A stretch of 64,000 nt of DNA, from the NCBI GenBank assembly GCA_039811685.1, contig JBDHZC010000001.1, positions 608,001 through 672,000 of the forward strand. The letters are read 5' to 3'. This DNA comes from Armatimonadota bacterium (lineage in GTDB: Bacteria > Armatimonadota > UBA5829 > DSUL01). Each line of letters opens with the position of its first letter. Within the stretch, counting starts at the first letter, position 1. Positions 31,959-41,530 of the stretch are shown here, in pieces. A program made the translations under genes and the position numbers. Below the pieces are notes generated by a model. That model was not told where the DNA came from, made no database searches, and saw only the letters and a program-made list of their open reading frames with translations.

Positions 31959-33230
31959 TTAGCTAAGAGGAAATTCCGCAGTAAGACCCTTCACCTGCGA
32001 GCGAACCTGCGCCTGCGCGCTATCGTCGTCGGGATTGGAAAGAGTCTGGTCAATCAACTCCGCAATAGTTTCCATTTGGCTCTCTGCCATTCCTCGGCTC
32101 GCAACACAGGGTGTACCAATTCGAACGCCGCTGGTGACAAACGGTTTCTCAGGATCGTACGGAATCATGTTTCGATTCAGCGTGATGCCCACGTCATCCA
32201 GCACAGTCTGTGCCTTCTTACCTGTGATGCCCTTGGAGCGCAGGTCTACCAGCATCAGGTGGTTGTCCGTGCCGCCACTCACCAGACGAAAACCTCGCGC
32301 TTCCAGCGCCTTCGCAAGAGCCTTGGCGTCTCTAACAATGAGACTTTGGTACGCCTTGAACTCAGGGGACATCGCCTCCTTGAAACAGACAGCTTTGGCC
32401 GCGATAGTGTGCATCAGCGGCCCACCCTGCATTCCAGGAAACACTGCCTTGTCTATGGCGTCTCCGAGCTCTGCGTCGCAAAGGATCAGACCAGCTCTTG
32501 GCCCGCGAAGAGTCTTGTGCGTGGTTGTGGTCACGATCTGCGCGTGGGGAAAGGGTGACGGATGCTCGCCAGCCGCCACCAGACCGGCAATATGCGCCAT
32601 GTCCACCATCAGATAGGCGCCGACGGAATCCGAAATCTGGCGCAGTCTCGGAAAATCCAGAGTCCGCGGGTAAGCGGAAGCTCCGGCGACGATGACTTTG
32701 GGGCGATGCTGTTCAGCCAGGCGCTGGATCTCATCATAGTCCAGCATTTCTGTATCCTGACGCACACTGTAGTGCACCGCGTTGAAGAGTTTGCCAGAAA
32801 AACTCACACTCGCCCCATGAGTCAGATGTCCCCCATGCGCCAGATTCATGGCGAGGAACGTATCCCCGGGCTGCATGACAGCAAGGTACGCGGCCATATT
32901 AGCCTGTGAGCCACTGTGCGGCTGGACATTGGCATGCTCGGCGCCGAAGAGTTGCATTGCGCGAGCGATGGCAACGTCTTCGATCTCATCCACGTGCCCG
33001 CATCCACCGTAATAGCGTTTGTGCGGATACCCTTCTGCGTATTTGTTCGTCATCACCGAGCCTTGAGCTGCCAGGACTGCTCTACTTGCGTAGTTTTCAC
33101 TGGCGATGAGAACGATTGTCTCCTCCAGACGTCGTTCCTCGCGCTCAATGATGGCGGCAACTTCCGGGTCTTCGCGTCTGAGGATGTCCAGACCTGGAGT
33201 CAAATGCGTCGAAAGGTTGCTGATACTCAA
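31959..33230 (-). CDS. glyA: Serine hydroxymethyltransferase
   Basis: [43 protein letters not shown]. Confidence 0.98.
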   Translation of the reverse strand: MSISNLSTHLTPGLDILRREDPEVAAIIEREERRLEETIVLIASENYASRAVLAAQGSVMTNKYAEGYPHKRYYGGCGHVDEIEDVAIARAMQLFGAEHANVQPHSGSQANMAAYLAVMQPGDTFLAMNLAHGGHLTHGASVSFSGKLFNAVHYSVRQDTEMLDYDEIQRLAEQHRPKVIVAGASAYPRTLDFPRLRQISDSVGAYLMVDMAHIAGLVAAGEHPSPFPHAQIVTTTTHKTLRGPRAGLILCDAELGDAIDKAVFPGMQGGPLMHTIAAKAVCFKEAMSPEFKAYQSLIVRDAKALAKALEARGFRLVSGGTDNHLMLVDLRSKGITGKKAQTVLDDVGITLNRNMIPYDPEKPFVTSGVRIGTPCVASRGMAESQMETIAELIDQTLSNPDDDSAQAQVRSQVKGLTAEFPLS

Positions 33231-33538
33231 GACTCACATTCCTTCGGTGGACGGCTGCCACGGGAGATACTCCAGTGCGGCGGCCACGGGTGTTGCGCCG
33301 CGAGTCTGGGTGTTGATGAAGCGCAGGCTTCCACGAACTGCCTTGCCGGATACGGCAGCCAAAAGGCATTATACACGTCCGCAGACGGCCCCGGCAAACA
33401 AACCCGGCACGATTCGTGCGTCAACGGAGCCGGCCGGCCAGACACAATGAGCCTGGTCTCCAGAGACACAAACGAAGCCTGCCCGAAAGAATCGGACAGG
33501 CTTCTGTCTGCGTTCCATTGCTGCTGTTGCGAGTCAAA

Positions 33539-34420
33539 CTATGGTTTTTTGCCGTCCAGACGGAACCACGGATCCGAGTCATACGGCGTGCCATTTCCAC
33601 CTTTTTCCATCAGGCCGTAGTAAGCTGAGCCTGCTGGAGTCCCAGGCTCGGCACATTTCATGGAAACGACGTGCCCATCCACCATGCAAACGTTGCTCAA
33701 GCCGCGGTGCCAGCCAGGAGGCCACGCATAGTCGGGCTTTGCGATGTTGGGAGTCCGCACAGGCGGCCAGGCGAAAGCGGTGCCGATTCCGTTGCGCGCC
33801 GTCTGCTTTGCGGCTGCGTCAAAGCGCCAGGTTTCGCTGAGAAGAACCGTGTTTGTGGGCTGAGAGACCTCTGACATGGACACTACAGCTACCGCCTGAC
33901 GTGTAGACGGATTGGTGACCATCCCGCCAGTGCTCGGCGTTCCACCCAGATAATAGGCGTTGTAGCCATAGCAACGGCGAAGGTCTTCTATTCCTCCGAG
34001 CTTGGGCGCAGATGGACAGACATATACTCCCTTCAGACTGTCTACTCCCGTGCTCTGGGTAGCCAGTTGCTTGATATACGGGTCAACTTTACGCCACCAC
34101 AGATGCGCGGCGCTGTAACCCTGACCAGACAAAGGGGCGATCTCTCCGGTCGTCCCTGGGCAGGCCCTGTCGCCGTGGTCGTCCGAATACATTCGAAACG
34201 CCGTTCCAAGCTGCTTCAAGTTGGACAGGCAGCTTGCCTTGCGGGCGTTCTCGCGGGCTGCCGCAAAGACCGGAAAAAGAATGGCCGCCAGTATAGCGAT
34301 GATGGCGATAACGACCAGTAACTCAATGAGGGTAAATCCGAAGCGACCTTTATTGTCCTGTCTCGCGAACATTCCTCTTCGGCCAGATTTTTCTTTTCGC
34401 AGCAAGCGCAGCTCTTCCAT
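33539..34420 (-). CDS. Prepilin-type N-terminal cleavage/methylation protein with DUF1559 and H-X9-DG C-terminal motif
   Basis: [61 protein letters not shown]. Confidence 0.92.
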   Translation of the reverse strand: MEELRLLRKEKSGRRGMFARQDNKGRFGFTLIELLVVIAIIAILAAILFPVFAAARENARKASCLSNLKQLGTAFRMYSDDHGDRACPGTTGEIAPLSGQGYSAAHLWWRKVDPYIKQLATQSTGVDSLKGVYVCPSAPKLGGIEDLRRCYGYNAYYLGGTPSTGGMVTNPSTRQAVAVVSMSEVSQPTNTVLLSETWRFDAAAKQTARNGIGTAFAWPPVRTPNIAKPDYAWPPGWHRGLSNVCMVDGHVVSMKCAEPGTPAGSAYYGLMEKGGNGTPYDSDPWFRLDGKKP

Positions 34421-34488
34421 GATGAGCTCCTTAGAGTGAGTCACGCACACCTCATCCGCTGCGTGAATCCGCAGCTTTTTCTGTGCCC

Positions 34489-34509
34489 AAAAAACGGTCA
34501 GCGCTGACC
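34489..34509 (-). terminator. Terminator-like hairpin inside the leader of the prepilin-type gene
   Basis: GGTCA-GCGC-TGACC-G-TTTTTT on the minus strand. Confidence 0.5.
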
Positions 34510-34569
34510 ATATCGTGAAAGCGACGCCAGCCGTTTGACGGCCAAAGGCGCCTGCTCCCCTCTAAAGTC

Positions 34570-34598
34570 ATTATAGGGTCAGGACAACGGGTAGTCAA
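34570..34598 (-). promoter_or_regulatory. Near-consensus sigma70 promoter
   Basis: TTGACT-N17-TATAAT. Confidence 0.75.
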
Positions 34599-35000
34599 GA
34601 GTTTGCGGAACCGATTTCACAAAATATTTTGCGGCCTGGAGTGCCTCAACAATGGTACAGTCTGTGCGACCACCTATGCGACCGCGATTTCAGAGTTCTT
34701 GATGCTGCTGCAGTTTTGCAGAATAAAGCTGCCATAACCTGTCAATTGCGATTCCGCCCATTCTCTCGCGGCAGATCAGGAAACGGCTGGTCGCCACATC
34801 AGAAAACGTCAAAATATTCCTCTAGTTCAGCGCGTCTGTACCAGAGATGGTAAGCTTCCCTGGCGTGTATCGGCACGCTCTGCAGATCGCATAGAGCATC
34901 GCTCAAGCGTTGTATTTATACTTTGGACTCTCCAGTCTGGGTGGCGTGAATGAGTCTGCGGCAGGTGACGCGAAGTAGCTGCCAAGTCTTGGAGAAAAGA

Positions 35001-35747
35001 ATGAAAAGAGTTCTGGTTTACGACCTTCCCACGCGCGTTTTTCACTGGCTTTTTGCGCTGTTCTTCGTCATTGCCTTTGTCGTCTCCAAGCGGTTTGATG
35101 ACGACCAGCCGAGGTTTTCTCACCATATGATAGCGGGGCTTGTCCTTCTGGCTCTGGTCGTCTTCCGCACTGTCTGGGGATTTGCGGGCAGCAAGTACGC
35201 GAGGTTCAGCACTTTTGTGCTGAACCCAACAGAGCTGGTGAGTTACTTCCGAGGAATTCTGACTGGAGACCGGCGCAGGTGGCCGGGACACAACCCCGCT
35301 TCCAGTTGGGTTGCGGTCATAATGCTGTCACTGGTAGTCGCGCTGGCTGTCACCGGTTATCTGATGACGCGAGACCGCGCCTTCAAAGACCTCAAAGACA
35401 TTCACGAGACGCTTGCCAATATCTTTCTTGCAGCAGTGATCCTTCACATTGCCGGAGTGATAGTGCACACGCTGCGTCACAAAGACGCTATCTGGAAGAG
35501 CATAATCACGGGTTACAAGACTGACGTTGCCCAGCCATCGCCGCCCATCCGCCTCTACCCGGCCGTTGGCGTCCTTCTGCTGGCGGTGACTTTTGGTTTC
35601 GTGGGATACGCGGCACGCAACTTCAACGACGAGACGCGAGAGCTGAGCATCATCGGTATCCCGCTCCATCTGGACAAAGCTGGACACGCCGACAAGAAGC
35701 ACAAAGGGCATGAGAAAAGATTCAACAACAACGACCTCGATGACTGA
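35001..35747 (+). CDS. Cytochrome b/b6 domain protein (Ni/Fe-hydrogenase b-type-like)
   Basis: VYDLPTRVFHW, H..AG, FR.VWG..GS.YARF, GHNP, IHETLAN, LHIAGV. GGAG RBS. Confidence 0.85.
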   Translation: MKRVLVYDLPTRVFHWLFALFFVIAFVVSKRFDDDQPRFSHHMIAGLVLLALVVFRTVWGFAGSKYARFSTFVLNPTELVSYFRGILTGDRRRWPGHNPASSWVAVIMLSLVVALAVTGYLMTRDRAFKDLKDIHETLANIFLAAVILHIAGVIVHTLRHKDAIWKSIITGYKTDVAQPSPPIRLYPAVGVLLLAVTFGFVGYAARNFNDETRELSIIGIPLHLDKAGHADKKHKGHEKRFNNNDLDD

Positions 35748-35823
35748 CAGGCAGCGGATGTCCTCTTTCTGCGCCGGAGAGCAGGATTGCGAGGCAGACC
35801 AATTTCAGCCTGCATCTGCGGAG

Positions 35824-35856
35824 AAAGAAAAAGGGCAGCTCCTTGAGCCGCCCTCT
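35824..35856 (-). terminator. Intrinsic terminator after the glycoside hydrolase (end of the EPS locus)
   Basis: AGGGCGGCTC-AAG-GAGCTGCCCT followed by TTTTCTTT on the minus strand. Confidence 0.65.
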
Positions 35857-35864
35857 GCGTTTGT

Positions 35865-38800
35865 CTAGTCAATAGAAACCCGGAAAGTCACCGTCCCTGT
35901 GGCATCCTGAGCAAGCAGGGGAATCGCCCATCTTACGACACGCGCCACCGGATCGTACACTCCGCCGTTCGAGGCACTACCGGAGACGTAGTTCGTGTGC
36001 CGGGGCAACGGAGCGACCACCAGTACATTAGCCGCTGCGGCACTTCCAGAGTTCTTGTACAGAACTGTCAGATCAACAAGGTCCTTGGGCTGTGGATTGG
36101 CCGTCAGGCCCTGAATCTGAATGTCAATGTTGGGTGAGCCAACGGGTTGCGGGTCCGGAGTTGGTGGATCCGGTGTCGTTGGAGGTATGTCCGGTACAGT
36201 AGGCGGCTCTGGCGGCGGCGCAGGGCTTCGGAACTCGTCCTGATAGCCGTCGACTACGTAGAGCTTACCATTGCTCACAGTCTGTCCGCCAAGATCCTGC
36301 ACAAGGACCTCGTCAATATCAATACTAGCCGCAGAGGCGGCCTTTGTGAACTGTACCGCTACATACCGGGCACTAGTCGCGGAAGGCAGCTCAACTGTGA
36401 TGTCGCCCCGGCCAGAGGAACCGTCAGCCGACCAGACAGCCGCTTCCCGGAAGCCGTCACCAAGGAAGGTCTCAAACTGCCATTTATCTCCGGGCTGATA
36501 CTGGCGATCCGGGATGGTGAAATGGACGACACCATTGTCAGAATGGAATAGCTGACCAGTCTGCGCCGTCCCCTGTGCCCCGGAGACCGAACCGCTGACA
36601 GTGAAGGCGCTTGCGGAAGTCGCTGTTGCCGTCCAGACCTCCGTGCGCAGCGCAGGAGATCCAAGGCTGACTGAGATGCGGATCGGGTCCACTGTCAGGC
36701 TGCCACTAAATCGCGCAGCGACAGAGTTCGGACGGGAGCTGTCATCAGTAGCTGTCAGGGAAGTCAGAACGCGGATTGAGCTGATCTGGGAGCGGTCTTT
36801 ACTTCCGATGATAACTTTTTTGACGTTGTACGCCCTCGAAGCGGGTTGAGGATTACTCTGGTCGTCATAGTTGACCAGATCCATAATCAAACCCTTGTTA
36901 GTGGCCAGATTCTTGTACATCCAGTAGGAAGGCTTCGGCTGCCCCGTCGAGTAGAAAAGTCCGGCGTGGCTTCCAAAGATGTCATCTTCCCGTTCGCCAA
37001 CAGGCGCCAGGTCCTTTGCCGGCCACCACTGGATACCTTTGACCCAACCCAGTTTGCGCGCCCACGCCAGGATACGGAACCCGTACTCTGTCTGCTTGCG
37101 CTCGTTGAGCCCCCCACCCGATCCGGCTACGCCGCTGTCTGTAGCAATCTCACCGAAGAAAACGCTCTTTGCAGCGTCTCCGTGCGCTTCCATAATCGAG
37201 CGGCCGGTGCCGTTGGTGAAACCGTTCGCCCAGTTGAACGCATCCGGCGCCATATTGTTAAAAACATAAGGGTGCCAGGCAACCATATCAAAAGGTTTGT
37301 CCGGGAGTTCATTGTAGATGGTCTGGAGGTTCGAGGTTGCGCCATTCGCATAGCCTCCGCTCACCACCTTGGCTGATGGATCAGCGGACCGCACAGCCTC
37401 CGCGCCCGAACGCAGGATCTCGGCGTAGACGTCCTGCCCCGCGTTCCAGCACCAGCCCTGATCAGGTTCATTCCAGAGCTCCCAGTATTTCACGCGGTCT
37501 TTGTAATGCCCGACGAAATCTTTCACAAAATCTGTCCAGGGCTTGGTATCGAGATAATCGTAGTAGGCTACTACAGAAGAAGCCGCGCCAATCTTGGGCA
37601 GGTTGACGTGGAACTCATCGACATCAACTGTTCCACCGCCGACAATGCTAACGCCGACTTTCAGCGGCCATCCCAGCGCCTGATCCCAAGAGTACGGCCA
37701 CTGAAATCCACCGTCGGGATTGGCGGGATCATTTTGCGAAGTGAATGCTGTCCAGGTATCGCCCTGCTTGCGCAGAGTGATCCAGCGCGGAGCATAGTCC
37801 AGAAAACCAAGCTCTCCATTGCCACCGTAGGTGGTGACAGAACCGTTGACACAGCGCACCAGCAGTGGTCTGCCGGCGTCATTGGATATCCCGTAACGGA
37901 ACCAGTTTTTGGCATCCTGATAGACGGCTATACCGGCCTGACTGTTGGGTCCGTTCAGAGGTGGAGCGTCTGAAACACGCATGGAAACTGAAAAATCCCC
38001 ACCTCCAGAGAGCGTCTGATGGAGGAAGTGTCCCACAGTGTCGAGTCCCGCAGTCGCCGATACGCGCAGATTCCCGGGTACGCTAACGCCGACATTCCAG
38101 GACGCCGGCTGGTTCATCCACTGCCACTCTGAAGAGAGAGGAGCCGAGTCAAAAGTCTCGTTCTTCTTGGCGCCAGTAACCTGAGACATGTGCCGTGATA
38201 CGACACCGGTTTTTGTGTTCAGCGTGTAGTCGGAACCGGCCTGATAAACTGCGTCGATACTGTCGTAAGTGACTTTGATCCTGGAGCCATTGACTGGAGT
38301 CTTACCGTGATACCAGAACATGTCCAGATCCGCGAAATGCAGGCGGCCACCGCGATCAATCATAAAATCCTTCGCCTGATCGGGTGAGTTGATAAGATTG
38401 TCCACGCGACGCCACTCTTGATAGCCGGCGCCTTCATCCACCCACACTTGCGCCGAGTTGGCCATGATCGGCCAGTGAGAAACGCGAGGCGCATCACCCT
38501 TCTTAAAGTTGGTCGTGACAACTTCTTCAACGTGGTGTGTTGTGGGAGTTGGACTTGGAGTCAGCAGAAAAGGAGTGATGTCCGGCTGCCCGGTGAGCAC
38601 AAAACCGTGCGCCAACGACGCGGAGCCGGATGAAAGATCCAACGCCTCGCCTTCAACGGGCTGACTGGGCGCATAGGAGCGGTCTCGCATTCCGTTGGCC
38701 CACGCTGGGGTGTATCCGAGCACACAGGTGACAGTGAGCCCATCTCGTATGTAGGCGTTGATATTATCTTCAATACCGTACCAGTTGAAATCGTAAGTCT

Positions 38801-39128
38801 TGCTCTGCTGAACGCCGTACCACGGGACATCGTATCGCACGCCCAGAGCTCCGGCCTGCTTCTGCAGTGCGTAGAGTTCCGGAGTGTCTCGCGGTGTCAC
38901 ACCGTGCGGCGCATTTATTCCCCAGAAGCAGAACTCACCAATAGAGTAGCGCTTCTTTGGGAGCTGCGTAGAATCGGCAAAGAGACTGAGCCACGCGTTG
39001 TCGCTGCTGGAGGTTGCCCGGACACCGTCAGTGAGCTTGGTTTGCGCATCGGCGTCTTCAGTGGAGCAGGCTGCGGGTACGGCCCCGCTCAGCAGGATGA
39101 GCGCGGCAAGCCAGGGGAGATATCTCAT
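35865..39128 (-). CDS. Secreted multi-domain clan GH-A (GH39/GH5-like) glycoside hydrolase with C-terminal DUF11-like domain
   Basis: Signal peptide; VRYDVPW, LGYTPAW, WELWNEPD (acid/base), WHPY, FFGEIA (nucleophile), GL....PKPSY; Pro-rich linker; N.GS..A.NV....LP..T.YV.GS...G.YD......W.I DUF11 pattern. Confidence 0.8.
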   Translation of the reverse strand: MRYLPWLAALILLSGAVPAACSTEDADAQTKLTDGVRATSSSDNAWLSLFADSTQLPKKRYSIGEFCFWGINAPHGVTPRDTPELYALQKQAGALGVRYDVPWYGVQQSKTYDFNWYGIEDNINAYIRDGLTVTCVLGYTPAWANGMRDRSYAPSQPVEGEALDLSSGSASLAHGFVLTGQPDITPFLLTPSPTPTTHHVEEVVTTNFKKGDAPRVSHWPIMANSAQVWVDEGAGYQEWRRVDNLINSPDQAKDFMIDRGGRLHFADLDMFWYHGKTPVNGSRIKVTYDSIDAVYQAGSDYTLNTKTGVVSRHMSQVTGAKKNETFDSAPLSSEWQWMNQPASWNVGVSVPGNLRVSATAGLDTVGHFLHQTLSGGGDFSVSMRVSDAPPLNGPNSQAGIAVYQDAKNWFRYGISNDAGRPLLVRCVNGSVTTYGGNGELGFLDYAPRWITLRKQGDTWTAFTSQNDPANPDGGFQWPYSWDQALGWPLKVGVSIVGGGTVDVDEFHVNLPKIGAASSVVAYYDYLDTKPWTDFVKDFVGHYKDRVKYWELWNEPDQGWCWNAGQDVYAEILRSGAEAVRSADPSAKVVSGGYANGATSNLQTIYNELPDKPFDMVAWHPYVFNNMAPDAFNWANGFTNGTGRSIMEAHGDAAKSVFFGEIATDSGVAGSGGGLNERKQTEYGFRILAWARKLGWVKGIQWWPAKDLAPVGEREDDIFGSHAGLFYSTGQPKPSYWMYKNLATNKGLIMDLVNYDDQSNPQPASRAYNVKKVIIGSKDRSQISSIRVLTSLTATDDSSRPNSVAARFSGSLTVDPIRISVSLGSPALRTEVWTATATSASAFTVSGSVSGAQGTAQTGQLFHSDNGVVHFTIPDRQYQPGDKWQFETFLGDGFREAAVWSADGSSGRGDITVELPSATSARYVAVQFTKAASAASIDIDEVLVQDLGGQTVSNGKLYVVDGYQDEFRSPAPPPEPPTVPDIPPTTPDPPTPDPQPVGSPNIDIQIQGLTANPQPKDLVDLTVLYKNSGSAAAANVLVVAPLPRHTNYVSGSASNGGVYDPVARVVRWAIPLLAQDATGTVTFRVSID

Positions 39129-39383
39129 TGCGGCTTACCTCGTGTATCTACCATAGTGTGCGCCTCAAGCACGGACAGACGAAACTCAGCGGCTGGCGAG
39201 TTGAGAGGCCGTGACCGTGCCGGAACAAGCGGCAGAAGAGGCGACAGTGCTGCAGGGTTCCACTCAATGCTTCCGCTCAGGAGATACAGGCCGGAAGCGG
39301 CTTCCATCCGCACTGGATAGCTGACTTGTGGAACGCGCTGGTCACAGGTCGGGTTGTGGTCCGTGCCCTAACTGTCTCGCGTG

Positions 39384-40487
39384 CTAGAGCCTGGACACAT
39401 GGTCTCTATAGGAGTCTTCCACAAATCTGGCGATTGAGGTCATAAATACCGACCTGTCAAATGTCATAGCATTTGCCCGCACAGCCACAGGATCGAACTC
39501 TGTCGCCTCAAAACGGCGCACGGCGTCCATCAATGACTCAACCGTCTGCTCCTGAAAGAAAACGCCACTGACGCCATCTTTGACGGTTTCCGTGGCGCCG
39601 CCTCGAGCAAACGCAATAACCGGGCGTCCTGCCGCCTGCGCCTCAACAGGTGTAATGCCAAAATCCTCTTCTCCCGGAAACACAAAAGCCCGGCACCTCT
39701 GATACGCTTCTGCCACTTCCTGATCTGTCTGCCCTTTCAGAAAGCGGATATTGTTGCCTGCAATAGCTTTCAGCCGGCTCTGCTGCTCCCCTTCGCCGAT
39801 TACAAGCAGAGGTAGTCCGAGTCTGTTGAAGGCTTCTACGGCAAGATCGACCTTCTTGTACGGCGCCAGGCGCGAGACCATCAGAAAATAATCATCCTGT
39901 TTGTCCGAGATGACAAAACGGTCACACTCCACAGGCGGATAAATGACTACGGAGTCACGGCGATAGTATTTGCGGATACGCGAGGCCACGTGCCGGGAGA
40001 TGGCGACAAACTTGTCCACACCGTTAGCAGTGCGCACGTCCCAGTTGCGCGCATGAGCCATAGTCAAAGCCGCAATACTCTTGAAAATGCGCCCTTTGCC
40101 GGAGTCGCGCAGATAGTCGTGGTACATGTCCCATGCGTAACGCATCGGGCTGCAACAGATGCAAACGTGGAGAGTCTTCGGACGGGTAATGACGCTCTTG
40201 GCGCAAGCGTGATTAATGCTTATGACGACATCGAACTCTGACAGATCAAACTGCTCAAACGCCAGCATGAAAACCGGCAGAAAGCGCTGATGGTACTTGG
40301 CCGCACCCGGAACTCTCTGTGCGAAGCTCACGCGGATATCTTTCCGGCGAAAGTCTTCGGGCATAGTGTGGGGAGTATAGAGGGCCGTGTAAATTGGGGC
40401 ATCAGGAAACACATCCGCTAAAGCAAGCAGATGCTTTTCAGCCCCGGCCATGACATTCAGCCGTTCAGCAACCAGAGCGACCTTCAA
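39384..40487 (-). CDS. Glycosyltransferase family 4
   Basis: GAEKHL, SRLAPYKKVDL, EEDFGITPVEAQAAG. TTG start after GGAGG. Confidence 0.9.
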   Translation of the reverse strand: MKVALVAERLNVMAGAEKHLLALADVFPDAPIYTALYTPHTMPEDFRRKDIRVSFAQRVPGAAKYHQRFLPVFMLAFEQFDLSEFDVVISINHACAKSVITRPKTLHVCICCSPMRYAWDMYHDYLRDSGKGRIFKSIAALTMAHARNWDVRTANGVDKFVAISRHVASRIRKYYRRDSVVIYPPVECDRFVISDKQDDYFLMVSRLAPYKKVDLAVEAFNRLGLPLLVIGEGEQQSRLKAIAGNNIRFLKGQTDQEVAEAYQRCRAFVFPGEEDFGITPVEAQAAGRPVIAFARGGATETVKDGVSGVFFQEQTVESLMDAVRRFEATEFDPVAVRANAMTFDRSVFMTSIARFVEDSYRDHVSRL

Positions 40488-41530
40488 GTTGCCTCCGATC
40501 TTTCTGTGGAGCGGCCGCCACGTTGGGAAGACGGGTGCAACCGCACACCGGCAGCCACCGACCAGGCAAAAACAAACGGAACTACGGCGGCCAAAGGCGC
40601 GGCCGTGAGACCTTGCAGACTGATGGCGCGCCGTCCCATAGCCCGAACGTGCAAACCCCAGATTGCAAGAAAACAGCCAACTGTCCACACCGCCGCCGGC
40701 CAGACTGGCAAGGAGCTCAGCGCAAGCACACCCATCGCAGCGAGGCCACCGAGATAGCTCCAGTACAGCTTTTGACGCAGGCGCTTGAAACGCCTCCCCA
40801 ATATCTCGTACACATCGTGCCACTCTCCACAGATCTGTGGATGGAGTTGACGCAGGAGCCTGTCGTGACGGTAGCGCATAGCCAACCGGATGGGACGCTT
40901 CCAACTCGGCGAGAGAGGCCGGTGAACAACTCGCGCGTGTTCCGCAAACGTGATGCCAAGTCCGCGTTCGATGATTCGCAGGGCCAGTTCGGTATCCTCC
41001 CGGAAGTGGATGCGTGTCGCCGGATCATAGAAACGTGTGTCGAACAGCCCGACTTCACGAAAAACGCTGCGACGCAGGAACATGTTGCACGTGGGGAAGC
41101 CGCCGGGGGAGACATTCTGCGTCTGGTGCGTAAAGGGTGTGATCAACTCCTCAGAGCCAATCTCTGTATAGCCTTCCGCGACATCGAAGCCTTCAATCGC
41201 TTTCAACCCTTCCTCGAGCCAGGTCGAATACGGCTCCGTATCAGCATCGACGAGAGCGACAACTTCCGCAGAAGAAGCCTGTATGCCTGTATTGCGGGCC
41301 GCGCCAGGTCCAGCATTGACCTGATGCCTGATACACCTCATGCTGAAGCCCACGCGGCGCGCGAGTTGTTCGACTTCAGTGGAAGTCTTATCAGAGCCTG
41401 CATCGTCAACTACGATCACTTCATACTGGTCATGTGGCAGGGTCTGTTCACCCAGCTTCCGGAGGCAGATCTCAAGCAACGGCCAGGAATTGTAGGCGGG
41501 AATGACGACGGACACGCGCGGACAGCTCAA
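40484..41530 (-). CDS. Glycosyltransferase family 2 with C-terminal TMs
   Basis: VSVVIPAYN, VVDDAGSD, GPGAARNTG, DAD, EDTEL. Confidence 0.9.
   Translation of the reverse strand: MSCPRVSVVIPAYNSWPLLEICLRKLGEQTLPHDQYEVIVVDDAGSDKTSTEVEQLARRVGFSMRCIRHQVNAGPGAARNTGIQASSAEVVALVDADTEPYSTWLEEGLKAIEGFDVAEGYTEIGSEELITPFTHQTQNVSPGGFPTCNMFLRRSVFREVGLFDTRFYDPATRIHFREDTELALRIIERGLGITFAEHARVVHRPLSPSWKRPIRLAMRYRHDRLLRQLHPQICGEWHDVYEILGRRFKRLRQKLYWSYLGGLAAMGVLALSSLPVWPAAVWTVGCFLAIWGLHVRAMGRRAISLQGLTAAPLAAVVPFVFAWSVAAGVRLHPSSQRGGRSTERSEAT

Noticed and set aside
33231..33360. Canonical ZTP, glycine or THF riboswitch before glyA
   Set aside because: Key consensus blocks (GACTGGCG...CGCCTGGG; CTCTCAGG) are missing. 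Kept only as an unassigned leader.
36140..36230. PPEPP in the glycoside hydrolase as a PEP-CTERM signal
   Set aside because: It is part of a Pro/Thr linker, with no following TM helix or basic cluster.
39125..39313. 62-aa ORF between the last GT4 and the hydrolase
   Set aside because: No RBS or motif; more likely non-coding spacer.
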